Source: Podarcis tiliguerta
Taxonomy: Eukaryota
NCBI GenBank assembly: GCA_965153285.1
Contig: OZ229123.1
DNA: 64,000 nucleotides
Strand: one strand, 5' to 3'
Positions 51,459-63,024 of the stretch are shown one piece after another. The notes beneath the pieces were generated by a model that saw only the letters and a program-made list of their open reading frames with translations, had not been told where the DNA came from and made no database searches. Position 1 is the first letter of the stretch. Each line of letters opens with the position of its first letter. The position numbers were made by a program, and so were the translations under genes.

Positions 51459-54400
51459 CTGGAACAGAGCAGAAAATAGCCTCAGGTTCCCCACCTGGAA
51501 TGGCTTTCCATGCCAGAAGCCAGTATGGGCATCATCCTGCTGCCCCCTCGGCTACTGCTGGAGTCAGTGAGCACCTCTTATTGGGCTTCCTGATACTTGC
51601 AGGGTGTGTGTGTATGCACTGGTCCTGAAATACCTGTATGCACTGGTCCCAAAACCTTGCCCAGGAAGCCATCTCTGCAGCTGAAACCCCCTTCTCTTCT
51701 GAAAGGATGGGAGGCCCACTTCTCCATGGCAGCCTGAGAATTACACCCCACCCTCCCTGGCTTGGTACTCAGCCATCATCAGGTTCTATGTGACTGCTCC
51801 CGAGATCATGGTTGTTACCTTGAAATCCCCACTGTGTGAGAGATAAAGGGGCTGGAAATAAGCCGCTGGGCTGGGGATGTTTGCGCTGCAATGGCCCTTG
51901 GACCTGTGGAAAGAGAGAACCTCAGCCCATGGGAAAATACCCCTTCTCTTCTTCCAGCCTCCCACAGTCCATCTTCCCTGGATGCTGGTGGTGTACAAAT
52001 AATTGTCTCCTCCTTCTGCCCCTATTCCACCTCCTTGGTGCATGTCAACCCCAGTGAGGAAAAGAGAAAGCACAGGCAAACTCCTGCCCACCTGCTGGGC
52101 CAATTTAGAGCTGGAGAGTAGAGTCTGGTTGTATGCAAATGCCCTAGAAGGGCAGGCGTTCACGCAACTGAAGGAAGTGGTGCCTCTATGCACACAAAAG
52201 GCTGAGCATCAGCCACACCCAATCCCACTTCAGGGCAGGACAGAAAGAGATAGATATACTGTACTCTGTGTGCCTTTTATGCGACAGATACCCCTTTCCT
52301 GCTGTGGGAACCACAAAAGCCTCCCTTTCCTGTGTCTCTGTTTTCTGTGCTTGTGCATGCACTAGGCACATTGTGTGGGTGCCAGGGACTGCAACTCAGG
52401 GTAGCAAAGCCTGGGCCAGAGACCCCAACTCCTTCTCTGACCTCATGTGATGAGCAAAACACAAATACTGGTGGCTGGGCCCTCCTGGCTGTCTGTATGC
52501 AACATCTCCAGGCGAAATGAATGAATGAATGAGTGAGTGATATACCTCCAGAAGATTGTGAGTACCAGGAGCAGGAACAGCAGGATGCCCAGGCAGAGAA
52601 AGAGCAGGTTGAACACATGCTTCAGGAGGTGGGACTCCCGATGTTGCTGCTGCCCGTTGCCTGTGGATAGAATCATTAGCACATCAGTACAGTGGAGGAT
52701 TGCCCTCCGTTTGCCAGAAAAGGAGCTGGCAACCGAAGGAATGAGCACAGTTGCCTTTTTGTAGGTTTCACTTTGGAATGGCAAACAAGCAGACACACAT
52801 TTCACCAAGAGCTTATTCAGCCTGTGTGGTGTGGGATATATTCAGCTCCAGTAAAATACTAAATAAATCTTTGGGGGATGAAACTGGTAGCCACAGAGAG
52901 TCTGTGTCTCACCCGGGAAGGCAGATTTTAAAAATCTGTCCCTTGAGAAGCTCACCTGACTAGTTCTGAGAAACACCAAAGACCTCCCCCCCCCCAAGAG
53001 ATGTGACCCTGTTTTTTTCAAATGGGGGGGGGCTTTGTTTTGTGAGTTGTAATTTCCTTTGAGCTTAAGAAAAACAAAACCTATGACACAAATGAGTGCA
53101 AGCAAGAGAAGTGGAATTTGTGTGTGTGTGGACCTGGGTGTGTGACACATCAAATGCAGCACAGCTTTGTACCAGACCTGGGGGGGCTTTCCACTTGGTG
53201 GTGGCGCTCCATGGACTCCACTGGCTTCTGTAGTGCATATTCACATCTGGAGTTTTGCAGCGAATTCTTGCCACGTACTCTACGCCAGACTTGAACTCGA
53301 AGCCCTCAATTTCCACCCATGTTTCTTTATTAACCCAGACCTTGTTCTGTGCCTGCTGTGAAGGATTGGAGCACAAGCAATGATCCCATTAGACAGAATT
53401 CAATTGGACAGGCCCTGTAAAAGGTAAAGGGACCCCTGACCATTAGGTCCAGTTGTGGACGACTCTGGGGTTGCGGTGCTCATCTCTCTTTACTGGCTGA
53501 GGGAGCCAGCGTACAGCTTCCAGGTCATGTGGCCAGCATGACTAAGCCGCTTCTGGCGAACCAGAGCAGCGCACGGAAACGCCGTTTACCTTCCCACCAG
53601 AGTGGTACCTATTTATCTACTTCCACTTTGATGTGCTTTCAAACCGCTAGGTTGGCAGGAGCAGGGACCGAACAACCCTAGGCTCTGTGGTTTAACCCAC
53701 AGTGCCACCCGCCACCTGCGTTTCTTTGTTGACCCAGACCTTGTTCTGTTTCTGCTGTGAAGGATCGGAGCACAAGCAATGATCCCATTAGACAGAATTC
53801 AGTTGGGTAGGCCCTGTAAGTCATAGTAAATGCCAGAAGGAGATGGGGGCTTCCGGGTGGAGACCTTATGCCCCTAACAGCTTGTTCAGACTCAACATTT
53901 GCTTGTGCTTCCATACAACCCTATTTTCTCAGTTGTAGATATCCCTGCTGCTCAGCCATTTGCCATCCCGTCAGTGTGCAAACCTTGACCAGATGTCTCT
54001 GTGCTGTGTGTCAGCCAAGACCCCTCCTGTCTCCTATCCTCCAGGGCATTGTGATCCTTGAGAAGGCAAGAGGTGGTGAAATGCCTCCCGCTTTCAGCCC
54101 CTTTCAGTGGCCTCTTACCTCCCAGGGTGCTTCTGTGGTCTTGAATGCCAGTTCCCATTGCCAGTCGTCCAGGAAAATGTCTTCATAGGCCTCTGGCCTC
54201 CTCCACTGCATCCAGCACTTGCTGGAACTCATGTTGCTCTGCAGGTCAAATGGTGGCTCACATTTGACTGGAAAGAGATAGAGAGTGGAGAGGAGGTGCT
54301 ACTGGGAGCCAAGAAGACCCCAACCCACCCAAAAGCAACACAGTGTGTATGTGCGCACTCATGGGACATCCTCCAGGGAGCTGCTGCTGCTCAGGGAGAA

Positions 54401-57287
54401 CTCAGCAGGGCTCACCAGGATGTCCAGGGCTGGAAAAAGCTCAGAAAGAGAGGTGAAGGGAAAAGGCTGGGGGCAAACAGACTGTTCCCAACAGCTGGAG
54501 GACACAAGGACCCTTGCCTCCAACCATGGCCACTCCTCCGTCCTGGAGAAGTTTGAGTCAGTCCTTCCACATGCAAGAAGACTCACTGTGCAGCCTGGGC
54601 TCATACATCACAAAGACGATGAGTCCGTTTCCGGAGGAGGAGGAGGCATACAAGGAGACGCTGTACTCATCGTTCTCTGTGAACTCGCCCTCTTCACTAT
54701 ACACAGAGCAGCTGAACTGGTCCAGGGCCTCCTCAGAGAGATGGCAGATGAGGTCACTGTTGAGACCAAGGAGGCTGCAAAACAGAGGAGAGGAGGAAGA
54801 AGGTCCTTCCTTGGGGTGGCCGCCCAGCATGAAGCATGGCTGGGGGAATGTGGCCGGTCGCCATAAGAGGAAGGAGAGAATGCCTCTGAGCATATGGAGA
54901 GTAACTCCTATCACAACACTCACATACCTGAACTTCCTGACCGAAGTGTCTGACTGTGTGTCCAAAAGGGATGAAAGGAGGGAGGGACAGGGATTTGTTT
55001 CCATGCAACCTGAAAATCTAAAGGTGCACCTTGGAGAAATTAAGGATTGCCCGGAGGTGCCACCAGGGAAGGGACTCAGACAAACCTCTGGGGGCTGGGA
55101 TGGGCGTGGTATTGGGCAGAGCAGCCTTTGACTCTGTGGTTGTGCCTAGCCCCATGGGCATTTTCTCCCAAGAAGATATACCCTGCTGTGGCTGTTGCTT
55201 TTTGCCCCTTGTGCTCCAGCCAAAGTCCTAGGAAGTCTGCTCTCTGGCTCCTGAAACCCATCAATCACCAACATCCCCTGGACTGTGCAGGCATCTCCTT
55301 TTCCCCACAGCTTGCAACCACAAATGAGAGATACACTGCCCGGGAACCCAGAGACACCCTGCAAGAAACCTGGCTCCTGCCAGCCCTCAGTCACCCCAGC
55401 AGGGACCAGGGCTTGGTGTCCCTGCCCTTACTCAGAGAAATTGAGGTGGAAGGGTCCTTCTCCCAGGATCGTGTCACGGCGGTGCCATGTGCAGTTCACC
55501 CTGCGGCCCTGCGACCCATAATTGTTCAGGCACCGCACACTGTTGTTGGAGAGCCCTGCCAGGAGACAAAGAAAAGGGGGGAAGGGGTTCAGGGCACCGT
55601 TAGAAGCCAGCCGCACCTTCATCAGTCCAGCACCACTCCCGCCCTCCCTCCTGAAATTTGGCTTGCGTTTATTCCAATTGTGCCATGAGGTGGCACTGGG
55701 AAGAAGAGAAGAGGTTGCAGATGCTTTGGGGACAAGAGCATAAGAACACAAAGAGAGCCCTGCAGCTGGATGAAGCCAGTGGTTCATCTAGTTCAGCCTC
55801 TGGTTCTTACAGTGGCCAACTAAATGCTCCAAAGCGAAGAAGCCCATAAGCAGCACTCCTCCAAACTGTGGTTTCCAGCAGCTGGCATTAAGAAGCATTG
55901 CTGCCTTGAGCAGAAGATGAAAGGAGCAATCTGCCCCTCTGGGTTGCTGGGAGGTTTCTGGAGGAGAGATCGGATTTGGGGATTTCAGTGGACAAGCTGC
56001 TATGCCCTTGTGTTTTCTTCTGCAACTTCCTGCTTCTCACCCGTGTCTGAGCTGCCCTGCCCACTGCACTGGATGAAGAAAAAGCCCTTTCTCAGAGAGA
56101 GGGTGTCATCTAGTACAGGGCTGGTGCTCAGCAGCTCTTTCTGATATTTTGAATTACTTTATTAAATCATCTTGATGAATTTGTTTTGTCATACGCTACT
56201 GTGTTTAATATTACAGCCAAACCTTGGTTCCTGAACGCCTCCGTTATTGTACGTTTCAGCTCCCGAATGCCGAAAACCTGGAAGTAACTGCTCCGGTTTC
56301 GAACAATTTTAGAAAGCCAAACAGCTTCTGGGGAGTTTTGTTCTTCTTTCTCCATTGACTTTGCTAACCACCCTTTGATCCTCAGTTGTCGAACATTTCA
56401 GAAGTCGAACTGTCTTCCAGAACAGATTACGTTCAACAACAGAGCTTTGACTGTACAGTGATTGCATTGTTTGTTGTTTCTTAACTGGTATTATTGTGAG
56501 TCACTTTGAGCTCAACACGTGTGGTTGGAAAGGCGGAATACATATATAGTGGTACCTCGGGTTAAGAACTTAATTCGTTCTGGAGGTCTGTTCTTAACCT
56601 GAAACTGTTCTTAACCTGAAGCACCACTTTAGCTAAGGGGGCTCCCGCTGCCGCCGTGCTGCCGGAGCACGATTTCTATTCTCATTCTGAAACAAAGTTC
56701 TTAACCTGAAGCACTATTTCTGGGTTAGCGGAGTCTGTAACCTGAAGCATATGTAACCTGAAGCATATGTAACCTGTGGTACCATTGTATTACATCAAAA
56801 ATCTAAACAAATGTAGAAAGGGGACTCTGTAAAGAAAACAGCAAAGACCCTTTCTCAAAGGGGCCAAAGCCAGAAAAGAAGCCCAGAGATGGGTCTGGAT
56901 ATGTCTCCCTGACCCACAATAGGGTGAACAGCAGCATTTTAATCTGGAAAATGGCCTGTTGAGGTGGAGAGTTAAAGACACTACCCCCTCCTTCAACGCT
57001 GCTTTTCTGGACAAAACTGAACCCCCTGCCCCCCATCCCAACTGCTTTTAAGTTAAACCCTAACACATTCACAAGCACTGAGAGCAGGAGATGTCCTGAG
57101 AGACCTTGTGGTGCCTCTTGGGCTCTGCTCTGGTCACAGGTCCTCAGATGTACATCCCATTCTCTGTGGGTCCATTTGGTGGCCAAGAACCGCCCCCCCA
57201 CCTACCTGTTTGCTGCATTTCCTCAGCCGCAAAGAGAGGGAGGAGGAGCACCTGCAACAGGCAGGTGGTCCGACAGCCATCCCCCAT
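50931..57287 (-). CDS. IL9R: Interleukin-9 receptor-like class I cytokine receptor, spliced CDS span (~482 aa)
   Basis: Exons 57287-57206, 55555-55432, 54774-54587, 54267-54119, 53355-53178, 52660-52546, 51903-51819, 51458-50931 (1449 nt), intron phases 1-2-1-0-1-2-0. Has C-x-W, WSPWS, a TM helix and Box1 IPSP. IL9R-type motifs PPFDLQSNMSSSKC, ELAFK..WEQAQ, FQPLY..H.G.F and DYCALG. Confidence 0.85.
51819..51903 (-). CDS. IL9R: IL9R Box1 exon
   Basis: SKGHCSANIPSPAAYFQPLYLSHSGDFK|gtaac, 85 nt. Confidence 0.9.
52546..52660 (-). CDS. IL9R: IL9R transmembrane exon
   Basis: ccacag|GNGQQQHRESHLLKHVFNLLFLCLGILLFLLLVLTIFWR|gtatat, 115 nt. Confidence 0.85.
53178..53355 (-). CDS. IL9R: IL9R WSXWS exon
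   Basis: QAQNKVWVNKETWVEIEG...ARIRCK...SQWSPWS...KAPP|gtctgg, 178 nt. Confidence 0.88.
53313..53819. repeat. 108-bp direct repeat (53313-53420 and 53712-53819) flanking the SINE
   Basis: Manual ungapped alignment gives 11 mismatches in 108 bp. Confidence 0.93.
53421..53711 (-). mobile_element. Sauria-type SINE
   Basis: aaggtaaagggacccctgacc...ggtcatgtggccagcatgacta...ggtacctatttatctactt...gctaggttggcagga, with an ACCTTT-type tail on the minus strand. Confidence 0.88.
54119..54267 (-). CDS. IL9R: IL9R FNIII D2 first exon
   Basis: IKCEPPFDLQSNMSSSKCWMQW...WELAFKTTEAPWE|gtaaga, 149 nt. Confidence 0.9.
54587..54774 (-). CDS. IL9R: IL9R FNIII D1 second exon
   Basis: DLLGLNSDLICHL...FSCSV...FTENDEYSVSL...YEPRLH|gtgagt, 188 nt. 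Confidence 0.88.
55432..55555 (-). CDS. IL9R: IL9R FNIII D1 first exon
   Basis: GLSNNSVRCLNNYGSQGRRVNCTWH...FHLNFS|gtaagg, 124 nt. Confidence 0.88.
56212..56455. mobile_element. Tigger/pogo-like MITE
   Basis: TA-flanked imperfect TIRs cagccaaaccttggtt / aacagagctttgactg. Confidence 0.65.
56545..56789. mobile_element. Tigger/pogo-like MITE
   Basis: TA-flanked TIRs agtggtacctcgggtta / taacctgtggtaccatt; internal taacctgaa repeats. Confidence 0.8.
57206..57287 (-). CDS. IL9R: IL9R signal-peptide exon (acceptor at 57301, ATG at 57287)
   Basis: ttttctag|GAGTCCTTCTGGCC ATG G...MGDGCRTTCLLQVLLLPLFAAEEMQQT|gtaggt, phase 1. Confidence 0.75.
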
Positions 57288-57681
57288 GGCCAGAAGGACT
57301 CCTAGAAAACAGAAGGACAGAAGGGCCCCTTTCAAGCCAATGCTAAGCCAGCTCCTCTTCCTGCAGATGGAAAGTGACTTCTGATGGCGAGGCACTAAGG
57401 ACTCTCTGTAGCAATGGGGCCAGGAAGCTCATCCTGCACATGGCATGCCAGGCCCCAGAGAGGGAGACAGGATGGATTCAGAAGAGCTGTTTCACCTGCC
57501 TTGTTCCCACGGAAGGCTGTTGTTACTGTGTGTTATGCAGGACAGTGGTGAACGTGGGGGGATTCAGAACTCCCCCCCCCCCACATCTTATAGAACATTC
57601 CTTAACAGCTACAGCCACCTCAGTTGTGATGGGGACTTGCTGTATATCTACATCTATTTATATTATATATTTGATATAATA

Positions 57682-57836
57682 TACCGTATTTTTCCATGTA
57701 TAAGACATCCCCAACTTTTGGGGACCCCAAATTTAGAAAATGGGCATATGCACTATCCATGTATAAGATGCCCCCAGATTTTTAACCTTATTTTAAAGTA
57801 AAAAAAAACCCTAGTCTTACACACAGAAAAGTACAG

Positions 57837-57838
<2 letters not shown>
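57682..57838. mobile_element. Tc1/mariner-pogo type MITE
   Basis: TIRs taccgtatttttccatgtataagac / gtcttacacacagaaaagtacagta. Confidence 0.75.

Positions 57839-57840
<2 letters not shown>

Positions 57841-57881
<41 letters not shown>
57841..57881. repeat. (TA)20 microsatellite
   Basis: Perfect TA run. Confidence 0.97.
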
Positions 57882-57884
<3 letters not shown>

Positions 57885-60302
57885 ATAATTGCATCTCTGT
57901 CTGCCCTGTAACAGAGCCTCAAAAGGACCCAAAGGACTCCCAGTAATTGGGGGGGGGGGTGAATTCTTATACCACCCAGGCTGAAATCTCCTGGATGCTA
58001 ACATGAAAGGAAGCCCCATTGATCACAACTATTATATAAATTATAAATTATATCTGCTCTCCTCTGTGCCTTGACCAGACCCAATGTGACTCTTACCCGG
58101 AGCTCCTTTGGGGTCTCTCTCTCTGGATGGATTTCGTGGGAGGCAGAAAAGCAGTTCCGAAAGCAATGGCAAGACTCTGTGGCTGCAGATGGACTCTGTG
58201 GCTCTTCTTCTCCTGGAGCTGCTCCAGTGGCAATTTGCTCCGTCTTGGCCCATGGGCTGGTTAGAAAGAACAGTTTGTTTACCAGGCAGGAGGAGGTCTC
58301 TTTTCTATTGAGGCAGATGTTGGCGATAAGTTTGGCAGGCTATGGAGATTGTCTCTAAGATTGTCAAACCGATTTTGAGGGGTTTTGAGGCATTAACCCT
58401 GTGGGTCCCCAGGCATGAGCCATGTGCCCTGAAACCTGCCTGAGCCTTGTTTTTTGCCCTACATTTTTGCTACCTCATGTAAGGAGGTTGTGGAGACACC
58501 TGTGGTTCTGATCCCAAAACAGGGCTGGCCCAACCATTAAGCAAACTGAGGCAATTGCCTCAGGTGGCAGATGCTGGGGTGGGGCAGCCGTCCCCACATT
58601 TTCATCTAAAGCCCTCCTCCCTCCTCCAAGCCATTCCCCTGTTGCTGCGTGACTTGTCCAGAAAATTGGATCTGGTCTGCTGTGTCAAGTATGGTGTGGA
58701 AGGCTGAATTAAGAGTCAGCTGCCAGTCCAGTCGTCTTCTGTGCATGGGATGGGGGGGGGGGGCGTTCCATCTTTCCTTCTTTGCCACAGGCAGGCAGTT
58801 GAATATATTGGGCCAGTCATGCCCACAGTGGAAGGTTGTCTCCCTGGAGAAAGGAGGGAGCCATCCAGAGCCATCCTTGCAGCCTGGAAAGGGAGAAAGA
58901 GCACCAGTGAAGACTCCAGGACTTGGCTGTATAGCTGCAAATATAATGTTTTAAGTGTATTTGAAGTGCATTATACAAATTTTACACTAGATGGCGATGA
59001 TGAGCTTATGGCAGATTGAATATATTTTTCAAAACGCTTTTTAAAAAAAGCATTTTCACTGTGTTTTTTAAAATGTGTCTAAATTCCACCCAGTCAGGTG
59101 GAAAAAAAGTAGCCCAAAGGGGTTGTAGCTAGGCAAAGGGGCTCTCAGGGAAGGAAGGAAGGAAGGAAGGAAAGCTCACAGACAGACAGCTGAAGCTGCG
59201 CAGCTGCAACCGTTGAACTGGCAAGTGCAGCTGCCTGGGCATCCTCTTGTCCCGCAGGGACCCTGTGTTTTTGCAGCACACACACAAGGTTCCCTGTCGG
59301 GCTGCCCTGTTAAATCAACTCTTCCTTGTTAGCTATAGGTCCATGGGGTGACCAGAACCCAACAGGGACTGCTTCCCCTGAAACACCTACAGCCCAGGTG
59401 CCCTGGCAGGGATACCGGTTTGCAAATCCACCCCTCTCTTCTGGAGCAGAGCCCAGCAGTGTCCAGCTCCTCTGCTCCGGACACTTCCTCTGATGGCTCA
59501 TCCAGAACAGTTCCAAGTAGGATGCGCCTCTTGCATCCTCCCAAGGCAGGAGAGTCTTTCAGGATGAAGATGACCTTGGGTGTATGCCAGGGAGGGAGGT
59601 GTTGGGGCAGGAAAGGGTTCCTGCCTTTTCTCCGGCAACAGGGATGGGGAGGCTGCGTCAGGCAGCCTCCACAGACAAGTGTTAGTCCAGGCCAGTGGGG
59701 GATGGCAGGTGGCTTGAGGCAAGGCTGTGGACATCAGTCCCCGGTGAAAGGATCCTGCTCTGCCAGGCTGGGACAGGCCAGTGCAGCAGAGGCTGCAGCC
59801 CAGCTCAGCAGCAGGGGATTTCTTGACTGCTTCTGCCTCCTGGAGGAACTTTAGGCCCAGGCAGCCAAGCCCTTCCGAGGGGAAAGAAGATGGCCAGCAG
59901 AGGGAGAGCGGAAATTATGTTGTGGTTGGGGGGCCAAGTGATGCCTGGAAGGAGCTGGGCTCACTGGGCCACTCCAGGGCACCCAGGAAAAGCTTGATCC
60001 AGTGGTCCCTTTGCTTTGGAACTGCCTTCAGACTATATTGTCTTGAAGGTTTCCCTTGGCAACAGGCATCTGAAGGGGCTCCAGGGGAGAGGCTGCTGGG
60101 ACCATCTAGGGGCCTCAGCTTTTTCCACCTGCCTTGCCCCACCCCTTTGCCTGGGATACTTTTAAAGTGAAGATGCTGCTTGGGCATTTTTGTCTGAACT
60201 TTTTTTGTAGGAACACTCATGTGTTTGGTTCGTAATACTGCTGGAATGTTTTGAATGTGTATAATTTTGTATTGTTGATGTATGTATTATTGCATTTGTG
60301 TG

Positions 60303-60551
60303 TACAGTCATGCCTCAGGTTGCGCACGTGATCCGTGCGGGAGGCCCGTTCGCAACCTGCAGCATTGCATCTGCGCACGTGCATGACACAATTTGGTGCT
60401 TCTGCGCATGTGCAAAGTGTGATTTAGTGCTCTTGCGCATGCATGAGGGTCGAAACCCGCAATTAACCCGTTCCGGTACTTCCGGGTTTGGTGCGGTCCG
60501 TAACCCAAAAATATGCAACCCGCAGCGTTTGCAACCCGAGATATGACTGTA
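60303..60551. mobile_element. Tigger/pogo-like MITE
   Basis: TA-flanked TIRs cagtcatgcctcaggttgc / gcaacccgagatatgactg. Confidence 0.8.
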
Positions 60552-61523
60552 TCTGCTAATTCTTGGGAGCCTTTCTGGCTAAAAGGTGGCATATAAATAA
60601 ACAATAACATAAAGTAACAAGGGGGGATTCTTATTCCAGCCTGCATCTGTCCTGGGTTTGAAATAGTTTTTTAATATGCCATGATTGTTAAAGCGCTTTG
60701 GCACGTTTCCCAGAAAGAGGTTCTTGAATGAACAAAGAAATGAAGTTTATCACCAAGTTAAATGTTGAGTAGAATTGTTTAATTGCAGAATGAAATGGAG
60801 AATGTCTGCATGTATATTGCTAAGGGTTTAACACTGGAAAATTCCATTGGGGGGATGCTAAAGCTCTCTAAGCTTCTAGCTGGGTTAATGATTAACTGTT
60901 AATGCTCTCTGCCCCTTTCATGTGAGTGTTTAACCTTAGACTACATGTTTACAGTATTCAATTACAAATCTCCATTTTGAAGGGAGCTGTCTTTGGTTTT
61001 TTATTTCCCAGGAATAGTGGAAGAAAGATGTGCAATAAGTCTTTCCATGAGATACAACTCCAGGCTAATGGAGATTGTAGGGAGAGACCTTTGATTCTAG
61101 GTCTCTTTAGAGTCATATTTCTAAGATATTGAGCCTATGCTTGGACAAGTCTTATGGAATTATTTGGAGTTATCATTATTTGTTTTTATACTGTACCAGT
61201 TTTGAAGAAGTTCTGGTTAGTAAAGCTCTGAATCATATTTATGGGTCTGGGCAATTTTTATTCCGAAAGGAGTCAGCTTTTATGCATCCAATTGCTTCAA
61301 GCTACGCAATATTATCATGTGCAATAGTAACCCCTCCACCCTATCCCAGACCCACCAGCTGCTTTTCAGTTTCCAATTCAGGCTTGGACTTCCCTTTGTG
61401 GAGGAAACTCTGTCCTCCAAATCTCCTTTTTCTCCCCTTTTGCCTTGGCCTTCACTCCCCCAAGCAATGGCCATGCACGCGCCCCACTAGTCACACAAAT
61501 CACCACAACTGTGATAGACCTTC

Positions 61524-61529
61524 TTTATT
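61524..61529 (-). terminator. Candidate IL21R poly(A) signal AATAAA
   Basis: tttatt on + strand, followed on the minus strand by GT-rich gttgtggtgatttgtgt. Confidence 0.6.
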
Positions 61530-62169
61530 AAGTGCTATACAACAAATGCCAACATAATTGGTCCCTGCCCAGGGCTCACAGCCTGAAGTGTGGTAGCCCC
61601 AAAAAAGAGGAGGAAAGGATAGGGAAAGAGGGAGGGGGAAGGTTGGGGGTCCTCTGGGGCTCTTCATGGAGCATAGCTGCTGCTGCGGAGAGTCCAGCTT
61701 TGGTGGGGGGCCTCCTCCTGATTGATGCTGGCCTTGAAGACTACAATTTTCTCCCCACCAAAGGGGTGGAGCAAATGTGATGGGCATGTCTCCCTCTTTC
61801 TGCCCAGCTCACCCCACCCCACCCATGTGCACCCCCATGTGTGGCTTGGAAATTGAAGTCTGCTTTGTAGTTGACACTCCCAACTTCATCCAAAGATTTC
61901 ACAGCCTTTGTAAAAATATTAACTTTTTTAAGAAAAAAAGAGGAATTTGCCAAGGAGGGGGAAAAACAGCTTCCAGTCCTGGGGTGGGTGGGTCTCCCGG
62001 TGCAAAGGAGGAGGTGTCTGGTAGTGGCAGCAAAGGCTTCCCTGCTTATTTCTCTCTTATGCAGGAGAAAGCTGAGCGTCCAAGCAAGACCCATAGATCT
62101 TTGCAAGGCGTGAAGGAGCTTCACGGTGGCCTCGACAGGTGCTCAGCTCCTGCTTCCCCCTCTGTGCTT

Positions 62170-63024
62170 TTAACTGGGCTGCGCCCTGTTGTGACAGGAG
62201 GAGACCCACTGCTTGACATAGCTGGGCAGGAGCTCTTCCCCTGTCTCTCCGCTTTCCACACTGAGGAGTTCAGACCCACAGCCTGTCGGCCTCCTCTCGA
62301 ACTCAGAGTCCACAGGGCTCCCACAGTCACACTCTGCAAAGCCACTGTCAATGGTATCCAGATCCAGGCCATTGGCAAGGAGGTCCCCATCTGCATCCAA
62401 GTCAGGAGAGAGCAGGTCTCGGTAGGAAGCGATGTCCTCCTCCTCTGGAGACAAGAGGCCTTCCAGGGTCCAGGGCTCAGGAGGCGAACCAAAAAAGTCC
62501 ACCTCCTTCCCAGACCTTTTTCTGCCCAGGGAGCCGCCAGCTTGCGAGAAAGGAGTAAGAGTCTCGAGGAGAGGGTCTCCTGACCAGGACTCCAAGGCAG
62601 ACAAGAAAGCCTTCCTCTGGGCGGCTGCTGGTGGGACCATGTCCACCAGGAGCAGATTCTCGGAGATCTGGTCCTCATTGAAGAGGATGCCCTGGTAGGC
62701 GTCTCTTTCATCCTGGCCCTCCTCCAGAGCACAGCATCCTGTGGCCCCCTTGCACCGCGGGCAGCAGGCGGTAAACTCTCCAGCCACAGTGACGGTGTCA
62801 ATGGAGAGGTGGCCGTAGGCCTGATCATGGGTGGCATCCTGGCTCCCAGGCAGGTGGGAAGCAAATGTAGCAGGGGAGGGTGCATGGCCCCCACTCTGCT
62901 GCTCCTTGGCAGGGCTGGGGGGAAGGGGCTTTTGGCCCATCCCAAACACATCCAGCAGGGCTGTGCTCCATTCAAAGTTGTCCAGCATGGCTCCGGGGCA
63001 GGAGATGCCGCCGCCCACCCACTT
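62170..63024 (-). CDS. IL21R: Interleukin-21 receptor terminal exon (cytoplasmic tail)
   Basis: gcag|KWVG...YGHLSIDTVTV...GLDLDTIDSGF..DCGSPVDSEF...SYVKQWV*, matching IL21R hallmark motifs including the C-terminal YxxQ. Confidence 0.92.
   Translation of the reverse strand, partial: KWVGGGISCPGAMLDNFEWSTALLDVFGMGQKPLPPSPAKEQQSGGHAPSPATFASHLPGSQDATHDQAYGHLSIDTVTVAGEFTACCPRCKGATGCCALEEGQDERDAYQGILFNEDQISENLLLVDMVPPAAAQRKAFLSALESWSGDPLLETLTPFSQAGGSLGRKRSGKEVDFFGSPPEPWTLEGLLSPEEEDIASYRDLLSPDLDADGDLLANGLDLDTIDSGFAECDCGSPVDSEFERRPTGCGSELLSVESGETGEELLPSYVKQWVSSCHNRAQPS

Noticed and set aside
51611-51649. 15-bp direct repeat creating adjacent GT and AG sites in the last IL9R intron
   Set aside because: No polypyrimidine support; the acceptor at 51458 gives the homologous xWxG start.
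57302-57395. Extra hydrophobic segment (ALLSFCFL) upstream of the IL9R ATG in the ORF track
   Set aside because: It is the translated polypyrimidine tract of the splice acceptor, and the ORF starts at a non-ATG codon.
61777-62975. 268-aa plus-strand and 284-aa alternative-frame ORFs overlapping IL21R
   Set aside because: Shadows of the GC-rich IL21R terminal exon; only the 62170 frame carries conserved motifs.
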